DNA of 64,000 nucleotides from an uncultured bacterium (GTDB lineage Bacteria; Chlamydiota; Chlamydiia; Chlamydiales; Rhabdochlamydiaceae): NCBI GenBank assembly GCA_964455905.1, contig CAYVYN010000001.1, positions 210,960 to 274,959 of the forward strand, read 5' to 3'. Shown piece by piece: positions 54,033 to 64,000 of this stretch (position 1 is its first letter; each line of letters starts with the position of its first letter). The notes under the pieces were generated by a model. It saw only the letters and a program-made list of their open reading frames with translations, ran no database searches and was not told where the DNA came from. The position numbers and the translations under genes were made by a program.

Positions 54033-54415
54033 TAAAAACACTTGAATTACTTATAGGTATGAGATTTCTTTATAAAGCTCATGTGTTTGGCCTAACCAGT
54101 TCCATCTGGCGATATTCGACGAATACCCCTGGAACGTAAAAGACTAAAAATGGATTTGTTATTGTCAAAAATACAGGCCTGATAGCGTGTTAAAATACTT
54201 TTATATGCCGAGTGAATTCAGCACCATAAATCAATCATTCTCTTAGCTAAGAGTAGTTTTTAAGAGCGTTTTAACCGGCAGATTACAAATTCAAATGGCG
54301 TCATTCTGATCAATCCCTCATCAGTCAAATTGCGCAATAATTTGATAATCACGCTGTCGCCTCTTTTTTCAAAATCCGGTAAAATTTCAATTTAAAAACA
54401 AACTGACTTAAACTT
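54033..54415. pseudogene. Non-coding stretch with short start-less frames, probable degraded gene fragments
   Basis: Minus-strand fragments IEILPDFEKRGDSVIIKLLRNLTDEGLIRMTPFEFVICRLKRS* and SFTFQGYSSNIARWNWLGQTHELYKEISYL* are each bounded by stops and lack starts. By eye the region is less AT-rich than its surroundings. Confidence 0.25.
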
Positions 54416-56605
54416 TCAGACTCTTTTTGTATAAAAATTCTCTAGATCTTGAAGCATTTCAGAAGTTTTTTTATAAGAAATAGGACAAGATGGGATCCCA
54501 TTTAAAAAAACTTTCCCATAAGACTTTGTCATAATTCTTTTGTCTAGACAAATAACGCACCCTTTATCCGTTTTTGTGCGAATCAATCGACCAAAACCTT
54601 GCTTAAATTTCAAACAAGCTTGAGGAAGTGAATATTCTACAAAAGGGTCTTTCCCCTCTCTTTGATACATTTCACTCATAGCTTGAAACAAAGGCTCCCC
54701 TGGAACTTTAAAAGGAAGCTTAACTAAAACAACGCATCTAAGAGCATCTCCTGCTATATCAATTCCTTCCCAAAAAGAAGAAGTGGCAAATAAAACACTA
54801 TCTTGCCTTTCTTTAAACCTCTCTATAAGGAGCTGCCTAGAGCACTCTCCTTGTCTCATATAAGAAAGCTTAGGCGAATCTATTGAATTCACAATTTTAT
54901 CAAATGCCATCTGAAGCATTTCATAAGAAGTAAACAAAATAAAGCAGCCCCCTTTTGAAGCTCTGGTAATTTTTTTAATTGCATCTACTGTCGCATCAAA
55001 AAAACCAAATTCATGAGGGTATGGAAAATCCTTCGGAACAAGAAAAAGAGCATTTTTTTGAAAATCAAAAGGAGAATCATACATTTTTTCTTTAGTTCTT
55101 TCTTCAAGCTCTTTTGTGTTTAAGCCGAGCTGCGACTTTAAAAAAGAAAAGTTTTTATTCGATGTCATAGTAGCGCTACAAAGAACACCTGTTTCCTTGA
55201 CCGAAAAAAGCAGCTTTTTCAAATAGTCTGATACGTTTAATCGCGCGTTAACTAAAGTCAAATTCTTTAAAGCTAGAGCTCCTGTTGCTTCAACCCATCT
55301 AACAGAATGCTCCTCAAAAGGAGCTAAGACAAATAATTCAAGCTGATCTAACCTTTGAATTAAGACATTACTAATCGCATCAAAGGTCATAAAATAAGAA
55401 GAAAAAAATTCTTTTTCTTCTTCAGAAAATCCTCTTTGCAGCTCTGTCCTTAAAAGCTCTAAAGCAGAAAAAAACCTACCCCATTCTTCTTGCAAAAAAT
55501 CAAACTTTTTTTGAACACCTTCAACCCACCGAGAAGATAAAAGTGTTTCAGGAGCAAACCTCCATTTTTTTTCACGAGACTCTGCTCCTTGCTCTTTAAC
55601 AAGCTCTTTTTCACAAAAAATTTCAACTTCTTCTAAAAAGCTATTAAATGCTTCCAAAGAAGCTCGTTTTTGTGCGGGAATTTCAACATCTAACAAAACA
55701 AGACAGGGGCTAGATATCTGCTTTTTTTTAGAAGATAGAGCAGCCTTTAAGAGGCCTATTTGACTTTTTTGGGGTTGAATTTCAGAATAAATTCTTCCTA
55801 AATAACGAACAACCTCTAAGCGACTAATTCTTGTAGAAAAACTTTCAAGCGCTATTTCTTCCAAATGATGCGCTTCATCTAAAACAAAACGTGAGAAAGC
55901 TGGTAAAACAGATTTTTCTTCCTGAAAGTCTGGTCGTAGTCTTGCTGCAAGATCTGCAACCAAAAGGTGGTGATTTACAACCAAAATCTGTGATTCTGAA
56001 AGCTGCTTTCTTGCCTTGAAAAAAAAGCACTTTCTAAAATGAGGGCATTCTACATGGGTACAAGAAAACCGTTCCGCTGCCACTTTTTCTTTTGTGGCGG
56101 AAGACAAGGAAAAATTTACATCAGAAAGCGATCCCTCTTCAGAAATCCTAGAAAATTGCTCTAAACGTTCTAGTTCAAGCTGCTCTTCAGGCGATAAATG
56201 GACTTTTTCAAAGCAAAGTTCTTCAAATTTTTTAAAACAAAAATAATTGCCCATCCCTTTAACAAGAATAGCTTGAAGATCCACCCCTAAAACTTTTAAA
56301 AGAAAAGGAATATCCTTATACAAAAGCTGTTCTTGCAAAGCTATCGTATGAGTAGATATCACGGTAGGAATCTTTTTAGCAGCAGCCCAAAGAATAGCAG
56401 GAACAAGGTAAGCCCAACTTTTTCCAACGCCCGTAGCTGCCTCTACAAGCAAAATATTACCTTCTTTATAGGCATCCATTACCTGTAAAGACATGTCTTT
56501 TTGCTCATGACGCATCTCATAGCCTTTAAGAGCGCGATTTAAAAGGCCACTTTGAGAAAAAACGCGCTCCACACCTTCTAAAGAAGGACTGGCTAGATCT
56601 GTCAT
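54416..56605 (-). CDS. dinG: DinG-family ATP-dependent DNA helicase
   Basis: Walker A AATGVGKSWAYLVP, the DEAH box LDEAHHLE, the Fe-S cysteines CTHVECPHFRKC, and the C-terminal helicase motifs SSFWEGID and GFGRLIR. The first ATG is at 56605 (the track start is GTG). Confidence 0.85.
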   Translation of the reverse strand: MTDLASPSLEGVERVFSQSGLLNRALKGYEMRHEQKDMSLQVMDAYKEGNILLVEAATGVGKSWAYLVPAILWAAAKKIPTVISTHTIALQEQLLYKDIPFLLKVLGVDLQAILVKGMGNYFCFKKFEELCFEKVHLSPEEQLELERLEQFSRISEEGSLSDVNFSLSSATKEKVAAERFSCTHVECPHFRKCFFFKARKQLSESQILVVNHHLLVADLAARLRPDFQEEKSVLPAFSRFVLDEAHHLEEIALESFSTRISRLEVVRYLGRIYSEIQPQKSQIGLLKAALSSKKKQISSPCLVLLDVEIPAQKRASLEAFNSFLEEVEIFCEKELVKEQGAESREKKWRFAPETLLSSRWVEGVQKKFDFLQEEWGRFFSALELLRTELQRGFSEEEKEFFSSYFMTFDAISNVLIQRLDQLELFVLAPFEEHSVRWVEATGALALKNLTLVNARLNVSDYLKKLLFSVKETGVLCSATMTSNKNFSFLKSQLGLNTKELEERTKEKMYDSPFDFQKNALFLVPKDFPYPHEFGFFDATVDAIKKITRASKGGCFILFTSYEMLQMAFDKIVNSIDSPKLSYMRQGECSRQLLIERFKERQDSVLFATSSFWEGIDIAGDALRCVVLVKLPFKVPGEPLFQAMSEMYQREGKDPFVEYSLPQACLKFKQGFGRLIRTKTDKGCVICLDKRIMTKSYGKVFLNGIPSCPISYKKTSEMLQDLENFYTKRV

Positions 56606-56630
56606 AAAAAGCACTCTAGATAGAAAATAA

Positions 56631-58319
56631 TTAATCCGTCTCTAAAAGATCTAAAAATGCCTGCAACTGTTTAGATCGAGTAGGATGTCTCATCTTGCGA
56701 AGAGCTTTTGCTTCAATTTGACGAACTCTTTCTCTAGTTACTTTAAACCGGACACCTACTTCTTCTAAAGTTTTAGGCTTCCCATCTAAAAGACCAAATC
56801 GCTCAATCAAAACAGTCCTTTCCCTATCTGTTAACGTAGTTAATACTTCATTCATTTTATCTTTTAAAATAGCATAGCCCGTTGCTTCAGCTGGCGATTC
56901 TATGCTTGTATCTTCTAAGAAATCTCCAAACTGGCTTTCTCCCCCATCTCCCACTTCGGCCTGTAAAGAGATTGGATGTTGAGCTATTTTATAAATTTCT
57001 CGAATTCGTTCCGCTGAAAGTCCAAGCTCAAGACCTAATTCTTCTGGTGTAGGTTCTCTACCAGTCTCCATCATAAGTTTTTTAGCGCCACGAAGAACTT
57101 TATTAATAGTTTCTATCATATGAACAGGAATACGAATCGTTCTTGCCTGGTCAGCAATAGCTCTAGTGACAGCCTGACGAATCCACCAAGTGGCGTAAGT
57201 AGAAAACTTATATCCTCTACGATACTCAAATTTCTCGACTGCTTTCATAAGACCCACATTCCCTTCTTGAATTAAATCTAGAAAGGATAGACCTCTATTA
57301 GTATATTTTTTTGCAATCGAGATAACAAGTCTCAAATTAGACTCGACCATCTCTCTTTTAGCTTCCTGGCTTTTATCCATCCAGCGTTGCAACATACGCA
57401 CGTCTTTTTTGAATTCATCAATACCACGACCTGCAGCAAGCTCTCTTTTTTCCAGCTTTCGCTTCATACCGAGGAGCTTTGCAGCAGCAAATTTATTTTT
57501 TTCAGCTCGGGGTATTAGCTCTTGAATTTCTTTTTCTAAAGCCAAAAAACGGTCATAGGCGGTAAGAATGACCTCTATGAAATCTTCTATAATGTTATGA
57601 CGGCAAAACATTCTTTTTAAATAGGCTTGCGTACGGATTCGGGTTTTTTCAATATCTTCCGCAATTGCAACTCTATCTACTTTTTTAAGCTCTGGGTTTT
57701 TTAGTTTAATCAGAAGAGATTCTAAAAACTCATCTTCTTTTTTTACTAGGCTACAAAGCTTAGGAAGAAGCTGAAGATAAGCGGCTTTATCAGCCACTTC
57801 TTTTTCAGATACAAGCTTGTCAAAACGGTCCTTCCCTGTCATCAAATAGTTCGCAATAGAAATAGCTTCTCTAGTAGAGTACCTAAATCTCATAATGATT
57901 TTTTCTATCTGAATCTGCGCTTTTTCAATTCTTTTAGAAATTTCCACTTCTTCTTCTCTTGTAAGAAGAGGAACTGATCCCATTTCTTTAAGATACATCC
58001 TGACCGGGTCATCAGAGCTCCCCTCGGATCGCTTAGAAGCCCCCTCTAATTCTTTAACCTCTTTTTTACGTTCTTTTTGCCTATCTACTTCCGTTTGGTT
58101 TAGAATTTGAATATCCATTCCACTTAGAAAAATCAGAATCTGATCTATTTGCTCCGGAGAGTCAAAATTCATAGGCAGAATTTCATTGATCTCTTCGTAG
58201 GTAATGTACCCTTGCTCTTTTGCAATCGCTACGAGTTCTTCAACTTTCTGCTGATGTTGGTGGCTAAGGCCAATATTCTCCGTCTCTTTCGTCATCGATT
58301 TGACAGCGCGAAATCTCAC
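56631..58319 (-). CDS. rpoD: Primary RNA polymerase sigma factor RpoD
   Basis: Region 2 is [27 protein letters not shown]. Region 4 is [27 protein letters not shown]. An alternative ATG start is at 58295. Confidence 0.95.
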   Translation of the reverse strand: MRFRAVKSMTKETENIGLSHQHQQKVEELVAIAKEQGYITYEEINEILPMNFDSPEQIDQILIFLSGMDIQILNQTEVDRQKERKKEVKELEGASKRSEGSSDDPVRMYLKEMGSVPLLTREEEVEISKRIEKAQIQIEKIIMRFRYSTREAISIANYLMTGKDRFDKLVSEKEVADKAAYLQLLPKLCSLVKKEDEFLESLLIKLKNPELKKVDRVAIAEDIEKTRIRTQAYLKRMFCRHNIIEDFIEVILTAYDRFLALEKEIQELIPRAEKNKFAAAKLLGMKRKLEKRELAAGRGIDEFKKDVRMLQRWMDKSQEAKREMVESNLRLVISIAKKYTNRGLSFLDLIQEGNVGLMKAVEKFEYRRGYKFSTYATWWIRQAVTRAIADQARTIRIPVHMIETINKVLRGAKKLMMETGREPTPEELGLELGLSAERIREIYKIAQHPISLQAEVGDGGESQFGDFLEDTSIESPAEATGYAILKDKMNEVLTTLTDRERTVLIERFGLLDGKPKTLEEVGVRFKVTRERVRQIEAKALRKMRHPTRSKQLQAFLDLLETD

Positions 58320-58396
58320 CTATTTTAGATAAGAAGGGAACGCTGCTCCTAAGTTAAATTGTTAAAACAGGCAAAAGTCGCCATAAAATAGGCTAA

Positions 58397-58426
58397 ATTC
58401 TCAGGGAAGAAGGCTCTTTTTGTCAA
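58397..58426 (-). promoter_or_regulatory. Candidate rpoD promoter
   Basis: On the minus strand, TTGACA (58426-58421) is followed after 17-18 nt by TGAGAAT. Confidence 0.3.
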
Positions 58427-58558
58427 GCATCTTCCCTCCTTCAAAAACAGAGTATTACTTGTAATTAACGCAACTGTATCGGAAGGCTACAGTTTTTAGC
58501 AATAGAGAAAATAAAGAGAAAAAGGTACCCTTTTTTAAATCGTTTAACAAAACATCGC

Positions 58559-59041
58559 ATGTTCTATAAACCTAAAAAATCGATCTTTTTTTTGAAAACA
58601 ACTCTAGAAAAAAACTATTTTCTAAAAAAAGAAGAAAAAAACCTTATTTTCTTCTTACCGAAAGAACCTAACAGCACGTTATTGCCTATCTATTTTTTTT
58701 GGGGACTTAAAAAACACAACTCTAAGCAAATCGCCAATGCACTTTGGATCGTTCCCGACAGCATCCTTCATCAAAAGTTTTTTATAAACACCCCGAATTT
58801 TTACTTTTTAGCAAAAAATAAGAGCAAGTTTGCCATTTACAATAGAAAAAAACTTCTAACACGAAATGGGGACTACTTTTTACCACCAATCGAAATTGAG
58901 CCCCCCTTTTCTATTGATAGTCTCCCCTATATAAGAAGCAGCAAACATAAAGATAGCATTCTAAAAAGAAAAAATGGAGCTAAAAACCCACTTTCTATTG
59001 CCAAATACGTATATAGAAAACTGAAACAACTACTGGACTAG
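58559..59041 (+). CDS. Hypothetical basic protein
   Basis: 160-aa Lys-rich ORF. No motif recognised. It overlaps the convergent downstream gene by 12 nt. Confidence 0.35.
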   Translation: MFYKPKKSIFFLKTTLEKNYFLKKEEKNLIFFLPKEPNSTLLPIYFFWGLKKHNSKQIANALWIVPDSILHQKFFINTPNFYFLAKNKSKFAIYNRKKLLTRNGDYFLPPIEIEPPFSIDSLPYIRSSKHKDSILKRKNGAKNPLSIAKYVYRKLKQLLD

Positions 59042-59473
59042 AGATCTTTCAATCCACTTTTTCAAAAAAATAGAGTAAATAAGCAATCCCAAAATAAAAA
59101 AAGTGTGGATACACGCTTGAAAAGGAAACTTCCTCTGCAAGGAATTTTTTGATGGCGTGTCTTTTTGAAAAAAAACATTCCATGGTTGAGAAGAAAGCTT
59201 TTGAACCGCTTTTTTAGCAGACGTGTCGTTGAAAAAATACGGCTTAGCAAATTCTGTTTCTCCTACTATCTTTTGGCCTTCAAAAAAAAAGTGATACGAC
59301 GCGATAATAGCAAATGCATCATCTTTTTTTTCTACTACCTGCCATTTGTCTATCTTAGCTTCGGACTCCGAGTCTAAAGAAACATATCCCGAGATCTGAA
59401 TCCCGGTTTTGACTAAAAACACGAAGAAAATTACACTCAAGACCCCAAACAAAGATAGCCACCGCTTTTTCAT
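59030..59473 (-). CDS. Two-TM membrane protein of unknown function
   Basis: The first ATG gives MKKRWLSLFGVLSVIFFVFLV. There is a second TM near the C-terminus (IHTFFILGLLIYSIFL). The track start is a TTG further upstream. Confidence 0.4.
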   Translation of the reverse strand: MKKRWLSLFGVLSVIFFVFLVKTGIQISGYVSLDSESEAKIDKWQVVEKKDDAFAIIASYHFFFEGQKIVGETEFAKPYFFNDTSAKKAVQKLSSQPWNVFFQKDTPSKNSLQRKFPFQACIHTFFILGLLIYSIFLKKWIERSLVQ

Positions 59474-59534
59474 ACACCACCAAAAAGAAATAAAAAATTT
59501 AAAACTCGCGAACGCCAACTTATAAATTCAAACT

Positions 59535-59563
59535 TTGACAAATTATAGGACATACAGTATATT
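59535..59563 (+). promoter_or_regulatory. Candidate rpsT promoter
   Basis: TTGACA (59535-59540), 17-nt spacer, TATATT (59558-59563), 40 nt upstream of the rpsT ATG. Confidence 0.5.
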
Positions 59564-59602
59564 GCTGGATATCTTTATTCTTACAGAGAAAGAGTTTGTA
59601 AA

Positions 59603-59884
59603 ATGGCAAATGATAAAACAAAAAAGAAAGCTAAGGTCAAAACGCCTACAGCGATTAAAAGAGACCTTCAAAGCGAAAAAAATAGACTGAGAAACAAAGC
59701 TTTCCGTTCTAAAGTTAATACAGCTATAAAGCTATGCAAAGAAACTGATGCAAGCCAAATTGCTGAAAAGTTAAGTGTTGTTTATAGTCTTATGGACAAA
59801 GGCGTCAAAAAAGGCGTTTTCAAAAAAAACAAAGCAAATCGCTTTAAATCACGTATTACACGAAGATTAGCTTCTAAAGCGTAA
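59603..59884 (+). CDS. rpsT: 30S ribosomal protein bS20
   Basis: The sequence is a basic 93-aa protein. MANDKTKKKAKVKTPTAIKRDLQSEKNRLRNKAFRSKVNTAIK is the typical S20 N-terminus. Confidence 0.9.
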   Translation: MANDKTKKKAKVKTPTAIKRDLQSEKNRLRNKAFRSKVNTAIKLCKETDASQIAEKLSVVYSLMDKGVKKGVFKKNKANRFKSRITRRLASKA

Positions 59885-59911
59885 AAATTCATCTTAGCGG
59901 AAAAGGCATCC

Positions 59912-61594
59912 TTAGCCGCTAAGTTTTCTTTGTATCCCCGATAATTTTCTAGCACTTCTCCTAAGAACAGAGGCCAAAGTATCTTCTCCTATAATAAGCC
60001 TAGCGCTTTTTTTAGCTCTTGTTACCGCAGTATAAAGAACTTCGCGACCTAACCTTTCACTGCCAGAAGGCGCTAAAACCAGTACAGAGCCATATTCGCT
60101 TCCCTGACTTTTATGTACAGAAAGACAGTATGCAAATTCAAACGAAGGCAAGACTGCAGCTGGAATTTCTCTAAATTCACCCGAATCCTTAGAAAGAAAA
60201 AATGCAATATCAGTTGATTCATAGAAAGCTTTTCTTAAGGAAGATGCCTTTGCATATAAAATCCCAACATCTCCATTCATTAACTGTCTTTTTGGATCAT
60301 TTGTTGTAATTAAAATAGGACAAATTAAAGACTCCTCATCAGCTAAGGAACCCAAAAACCTTCCCAAAACCATAGAATTCAAGTGATCTACACCTAACAA
60401 TCCCTTTCTCATACAACTAAGAACCCGAAACTTATCAACTTGGGTTAAAATGTGAAAAAGATTTTCCTTCGTACATTCTTTTACAAAAAAAGAAAAAGCC
60501 TCTTTACATTCTAGCCATACCCTTTCTTTTATCTCTGGTAATCTATTCGAAGACAAGATTTCTATGCCCTCTTGTTCTTTTACTCTATGTATATCAGAAG
60601 AAAGTAGGGCATCAGCTAGCTCCTGTAATTCCTTTCTTTCAATCCTTAAGCTCTTTTTTAGAAGAGTGCATGGTAATCTAATCTTATGCCCTACCTCTAT
60701 TAAATCTGCAAAAAAACTTCCAGCTTCTACAGGAGGAAGTTGATCCTTATCTCCCATAAAAATCACACGACCTCCAGACTGGAGCCTAGATAAAAATTCT
60801 ACAAATAGGCCGGCATCAACCATAGAAGCCTCGTCAATCAAAAATAAATCTGCAAAAATAGTCCGGCTCTCTTCATACCCTCCCATTTTTAAAAAAGAAT
60901 GCAAAGTTCCACATTCTATGTTTTGTGAAAATTCACCTATTTTTAAAGCTATATTTTTTTCTAAAAGAGCTGCTACCTTTCCTGTTGGAGCAGCTAACTT
61001 AACACGTAATTCTTTTCTCTTTTCTTCAGGAAAAGAAAGGAAAAACGACCGAACTATTTCTATCGCTGTAAAGCTTTTACCTGTTCCTGGCCCTCCTGAA
61101 ATAATACTAATAGGAAATCGCAGAGCTTTTTCTACTGCAGAGCTTTGCTCTTCATTCAAAGCAGGATTGCAAGAAAAAGAAGAACCCTCTCTAAAAAATT
61201 TTGCTTGCAATACTCTTTGTAAGTGCAGGATAAAAAGCTCTTCCAACTCCCAATTTCTTTGAAGGTATACTCTATTTTCCCATATATAAACTGGAACCTT
61301 TGGAAAAGGACCTCTCCCGTCTATTTGATAAGCAAATGCTACAGGCATTTTTCTAAAAGACTTTAAGATAGTTTCTTCCAAAGGCGCCGCCTCTTCTTGA
61401 GTATCAACTAAAAAAAATGGGGAAGGCATTAGCCCATCAATAGAAAATTCAATACAAAGATGCCCACTTCTAGCTGTAGCTAAAAGATAAGCCAAAAAAA
61501 CTTCATGATCAGTTTCCTTATATAACGATAAAATAGTCTTGGCAAAACTCCCATCAATAGAAGAAAAAAAACTTTTTTCAATCGAATTTTCCAT
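59912..61594 (-). CDS. recD: Exodeoxyribonuclease V alpha subunit RecD
   Basis: Walker A ISGGPGTGKSF, LIDEASMVD, and the C-terminal LSVHKSQGSEY...YTAVTRAK. Start at MENSIE, coupled to the recB stop (TAATG). Confidence 0.85.
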   Translation of the reverse strand: MENSIEKSFFSSIDGSFAKTILSLYKETDHEVFLAYLLATARSGHLCIEFSIDGLMPSPFFLVDTQEEAAPLEETILKSFRKMPVAFAYQIDGRGPFPKVPVYIWENRVYLQRNWELEELFILHLQRVLQAKFFREGSSFSCNPALNEEQSSAVEKALRFPISIISGGPGTGKSFTAIEIVRSFFLSFPEEKRKELRVKLAAPTGKVAALLEKNIALKIGEFSQNIECGTLHSFLKMGGYEESRTIFADLFLIDEASMVDAGLFVEFLSRLQSGGRVIFMGDKDQLPPVEAGSFFADLIEVGHKIRLPCTLLKKSLRIERKELQELADALLSSDIHRVKEQEGIEILSSNRLPEIKERVWLECKEAFSFFVKECTKENLFHILTQVDKFRVLSCMRKGLLGVDHLNSMVLGRFLGSLADEESLICPILITTNDPKRQLMNGDVGILYAKASSLRKAFYESTDIAFFLSKDSGEFREIPAAVLPSFEFAYCLSVHKSQGSEYGSVLVLAPSGSERLGREVLYTAVTRAKKSARLIIGEDTLASVLRRSARKLSGIQRKLSG

Positions 61595-64000
61595 TAAAAC
61601 TCCCTTAAAGAACATGCGTCCAACAAACTAAAATCAGGGTAAAAAAAATAAGAATTATTGCCTCTTAAAAAGAAATAAATAGCCCCCCCAAAACACTCTT
61701 TAAAATTTCTTTCATCAAAAATAGAAAGCATTTTCTTTACAGCTACTCCATAAATCGCCGCTTGTAGATTATACCTACTTTCTTCGACGCATTTTTTGAC
61801 TTGCTCATCCGAATAAACCGTTTGATCTAACCCCAAAACATTCGTCTTCCAATCTAAAACGAAATAGCATCCATTAAACCGCAAAAGCAAATCTATAAAC
61901 CCCTTCACTAAGGACCCTTTAATCGGATACAGAAACTCCACCTCTACCTGCATATCGGAAGAAGGAATGTCTTTAAGACAAAATTTTCCATTAGGAGTGC
62001 TAATTTCCTTATTCATAACTTCTTGCAACAAACTAAAAATAGTATCTTCTTTGGATTCTAAAACAGTTCCTAAACAAACAGTTTGAACAACACAACGAGC
62101 TTCTTGATCCATCTTTTGATGTAAACCCGTTTTACATAGCTCTTCTAAAATAGAGTGAATCACGGTTCCCGTGTCTGGACCAGGAGGAATAACAAACGAT
62201 TCTTTCAAAATTTCTTTTGAAAAAATCTCCTCTTTTTTCCCTTCTTGAATAAGAGATGAAAAAGAAACTACAAACTCCTCTTGATAAGAAAAAAAAGTAG
62301 TAGGTGGCTGCATCAACTCTTCTTGATCAAGCGATATAAAAAGCTCCTGAGACCCAAAATTAGAGGAAACTGTTTCATAAGTAATAAAAGCATTTGATCC
62401 AAGATCTACTAACTGCGAAATACACTGCTCCAAAGAGAGCATAGCAGCTCTTTGATAAAGCTCACTAAAACTGCAGCGTTCTTGCCCAAAGCAGTTTAAA
62501 AAAAGCTCTATAGGTGCAGCGGTTCCTCTAACTAGTTCTTGCTGATTTTTATATAAGAGATAAGGTACATATACCCTTTCTTTAGCTCTTGTTAAAGCAA
62601 CATAAAGGAGCCTCAGTTTTTCTGCATCGAGTTCCTCTACATGTAAAAAATAAGCAGATTCATCTTCATCTAAAGGAGTAATCTCCCTTCCTCCTTCTTT
62701 TCTTACGGAAATAAACTCTTCTTTTCCCGTAAATCTAGATCCTAAGGCTAAAGCAAAAACGACATCAAACTCTAAACCCTTACTCTTATGAAGAGTCATA
62801 ACTTGGATTTGTTCTTTCTCTTCTTCTAATGGCTGTTTAAAAATTTCACTTTTAGAATCTTTTTCAGCAATTTCTTCCAAAAAAGATAAAATAGCTTCTA
62901 GATCATATAACTCTGAGGAACACTCAGACATAATTATTTGAAAAATCTGTCTTAACTCAAAATATAAAGAAGTATCTTTTCTAGAAAGAAGCTCCTCTCC
63001 AACCGTTAGCTCTTCTTCCTTAGAAGAAGAAGAGAGAAACTCATAAAAAAAAGCGCCAAAACCTTTTTTCTTAAAAACAAAAGAAGATTCGATAAAATAT
63101 TCTCTAGCTCTTTGTAAAAAAGGATTTTCCCAAGATCCAACAAGCTCTAAACAAGAATATCCCATTAAAACACCGCCTAAAAACTTTTTCAGCAAGCTAG
63201 AGTTAGAAGGAAATGCTACAGCTTGTAAAAGGCTTTTCATTCCTTCATACGCCAAACTTTTCATAGAAAAACTCTTTTGCATTTGACAAGGAATACCGTA
63301 GGAATAGAAAGTTTTTTGAAGTTTTTCTGCTTGAAATCGATCTTTTACAAGCACGGCTATTTTTTCAAAAGAAACGCCCTTCTCGTTCTTTAGCCTAAGA
63401 ATCTCTTCTGCTATATATGGAATAAGGAAGTCTTCCTCTACTGAGCGTTGATTTTCAACTTCTTTTAAAAAAAAATGAATCCTTCCCTTTTTTTCTCCTG
63501 AAAGCAAAGAGGTCTGCCAAGGTCTTGATTCTACCTCCCTAACTTCAAGGCTTTCTTTAATAAAAGGTAAAAGCATCCAGTCTCCCGGCATCTTAAATGA
63601 AAATAAAACATTTAAGGCCTGGACTAACTCAGGATGTGATCTAAAATTCGTTCCTAAATAAAATCGATTTTCTTCAGAAAAAAATCCACGAGCTTTCAGA
63701 TAGATATACACATCTGCACTACGAAATCCATAGATGGCTTGTTTTGGATCTCCCACCAAATACACCACAGGTAGTTTGTACTCCGGCGACAAAAAAAGAG
63801 AATAAAAAATATTCCACTGATCTAAATCAGTATCCTGAAATTCATCAATAATAAGAGCTTTATATTTTTCTCTTATTTTCTCTTTAAAATTTTCATTCAA
63901 AAGAGCCTTTTTTAAAGTAATTACAAAATCATCAGGCGAAAAAAGTGAAAGATCTTTTTTCCCTTTATCATATCCAATCTTACAAGCTTTCGCTAACTGA
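61594..64000 (-). CDS. recB: Exodeoxyribonuclease V beta subunit RecB (N-terminus lies beyond the window end)
   Basis: Helicase motifs ALIIDEFQDTD, LGTNFRS, TLHKSKGLEFDVV and LLYVALTRAKERVYV. The PD-(D/E)xK nuclease is GFIDLLLRFNGCYFVLDWKTN. I read the frame through 63901-64000 and it stays open. Confidence 0.85.
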   Translation of the reverse strand, partial: QLAKACKIGYDKGKKDLSLFSPDDFVITLKKALLNENFKEKIREKYKALIIDEFQDTDLDQWNIFYSLFLSPEYKLPVVYLVGDPKQAIYGFRSADVYIYLKARGFFSEENRFYLGTNFRSHPELVQALNVLFSFKMPGDWMLLPFIKESLEVREVESRPWQTSLLSGEKKGRIHFFLKEVENQRSVEEDFLIPYIAEEILRLKNEKGVSFEKIAVLVKDRFQAEKLQKTFYSYGIPCQMQKSFSMKSLAYEGMKSLLQAVAFPSNSSLLKKFLGGVLMGYSCLELVGSWENPFLQRAREYFIESSFVFKKKGFGAFFYEFLSSSSKEEELTVGEELLSRKDTSLYFELRQIFQIIMSECSSELYDLEAILSFLEEIAEKDSKSEIFKQPLEEEKEQIQVMTLHKSKGLEFDVVFALALGSRFTGKEEFISVRKEGGREITPLDEDESAYFLHVEELDAEKLRLLYVALTRAKERVYVPYLLYKNQQELVRGTAAPIELFLNCFGQERCSFSELYQRAAMLSLEQCISQLVDLGSNAFITYETVSSNFGSQELFISLDQEELMQPPTTFFSYQEEFVVSFSSLIQEGKKEEIFSKEILKESFVIPPGPDTGTVIHSILEELCKTGLHQKMDQEARCVVQTVCLGTVLESKEDTIFSLLQEVMNKEISTPNGKFCLKDIPSSDMQVEVEFLYPIKGSLVKGFIDLLLRFNGCYFVLDWKTNVLGLDQTVYSDEQVKKCVEESRYNLQAAIYGVAVKKMLSIFDERNFKECFGGAIYFFLRGNNSYFFYPDFSLLDACSLREF

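Noticed and set aside
60918-61262. 114-aa plus-strand ORF inside recD
   Set aside because: It is antisense to the Walker A region of a clearly recognisable RecD.
1-64000. CRISPR arrays, IS elements/transposases, integrases, prophage modules, rRNA operons
   Set aside because: I scanned intergenic regions and ORF translations. I saw no regularly spaced direct repeats, no DDE or tyrosine/serine recombinase motifs, no phage structural genes and no rRNA-like sequence.

Overview
AT-rich bacterial chromosomal segment. The gene content points to a Chlamydiae-type obligate intracellular bacterium, probably an environmental, amoeba-associated lineage (this taxonomy is inference from gene content only). 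Supporting genes are an NTT/TLC nucleotide transporter, a chlamydia-style gspD-E-F-G type II secretion operon, rpoD, a complete tolQ-tolR-tolA-tolB-pal cluster followed by a LysM lipoprotein and murI, mreC, recB-recD, dinG, mutY, rsmD, yciH/SUI1, ppnN, rpsT and one tRNA-Ala(GGC). Gene density is high, and many genes are translationally coupled through ATGA, TAATG or TGATG overlaps. I saw no rRNA, CRISPR array, IS element, integrase or prophage. Several accessory or poorly explained modules sit between the housekeeping genes. (1) Four glycosyltransferase-like genes are split by a 946-aa tandem degenerate-plus-intact Hanks-type kinase protein. (2) A 1171-aa protein fuses an unknown ~670-aa N-terminal region to a family-5 peptide-binding domain, with no ABC partners nearby. 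(3) A 108-aa protein has a sequence pattern resembling an SH2 domain that lacks the FLVR arginine. (4) A TPR, vWA and rsmD operon. (5) A secreted MORN-repeat giant lies directly downstream of the T2SS operon. (6) Two paralogous TagF-family (teichoic-acid-type) phosphotransferase-like genes flank a double FkbM methyltransferase. (7) Two tandem small secreted Cys-motif peptides, one absent from the ORF track. (8) A tRNA-Ala-linked islet holds a divergent IucA/IucC-like ligase, a LuxR solo, a secreted HAD hydrolase and degraded gene fragments. All functional calls rest on motif recognition by eye. No database search was run.
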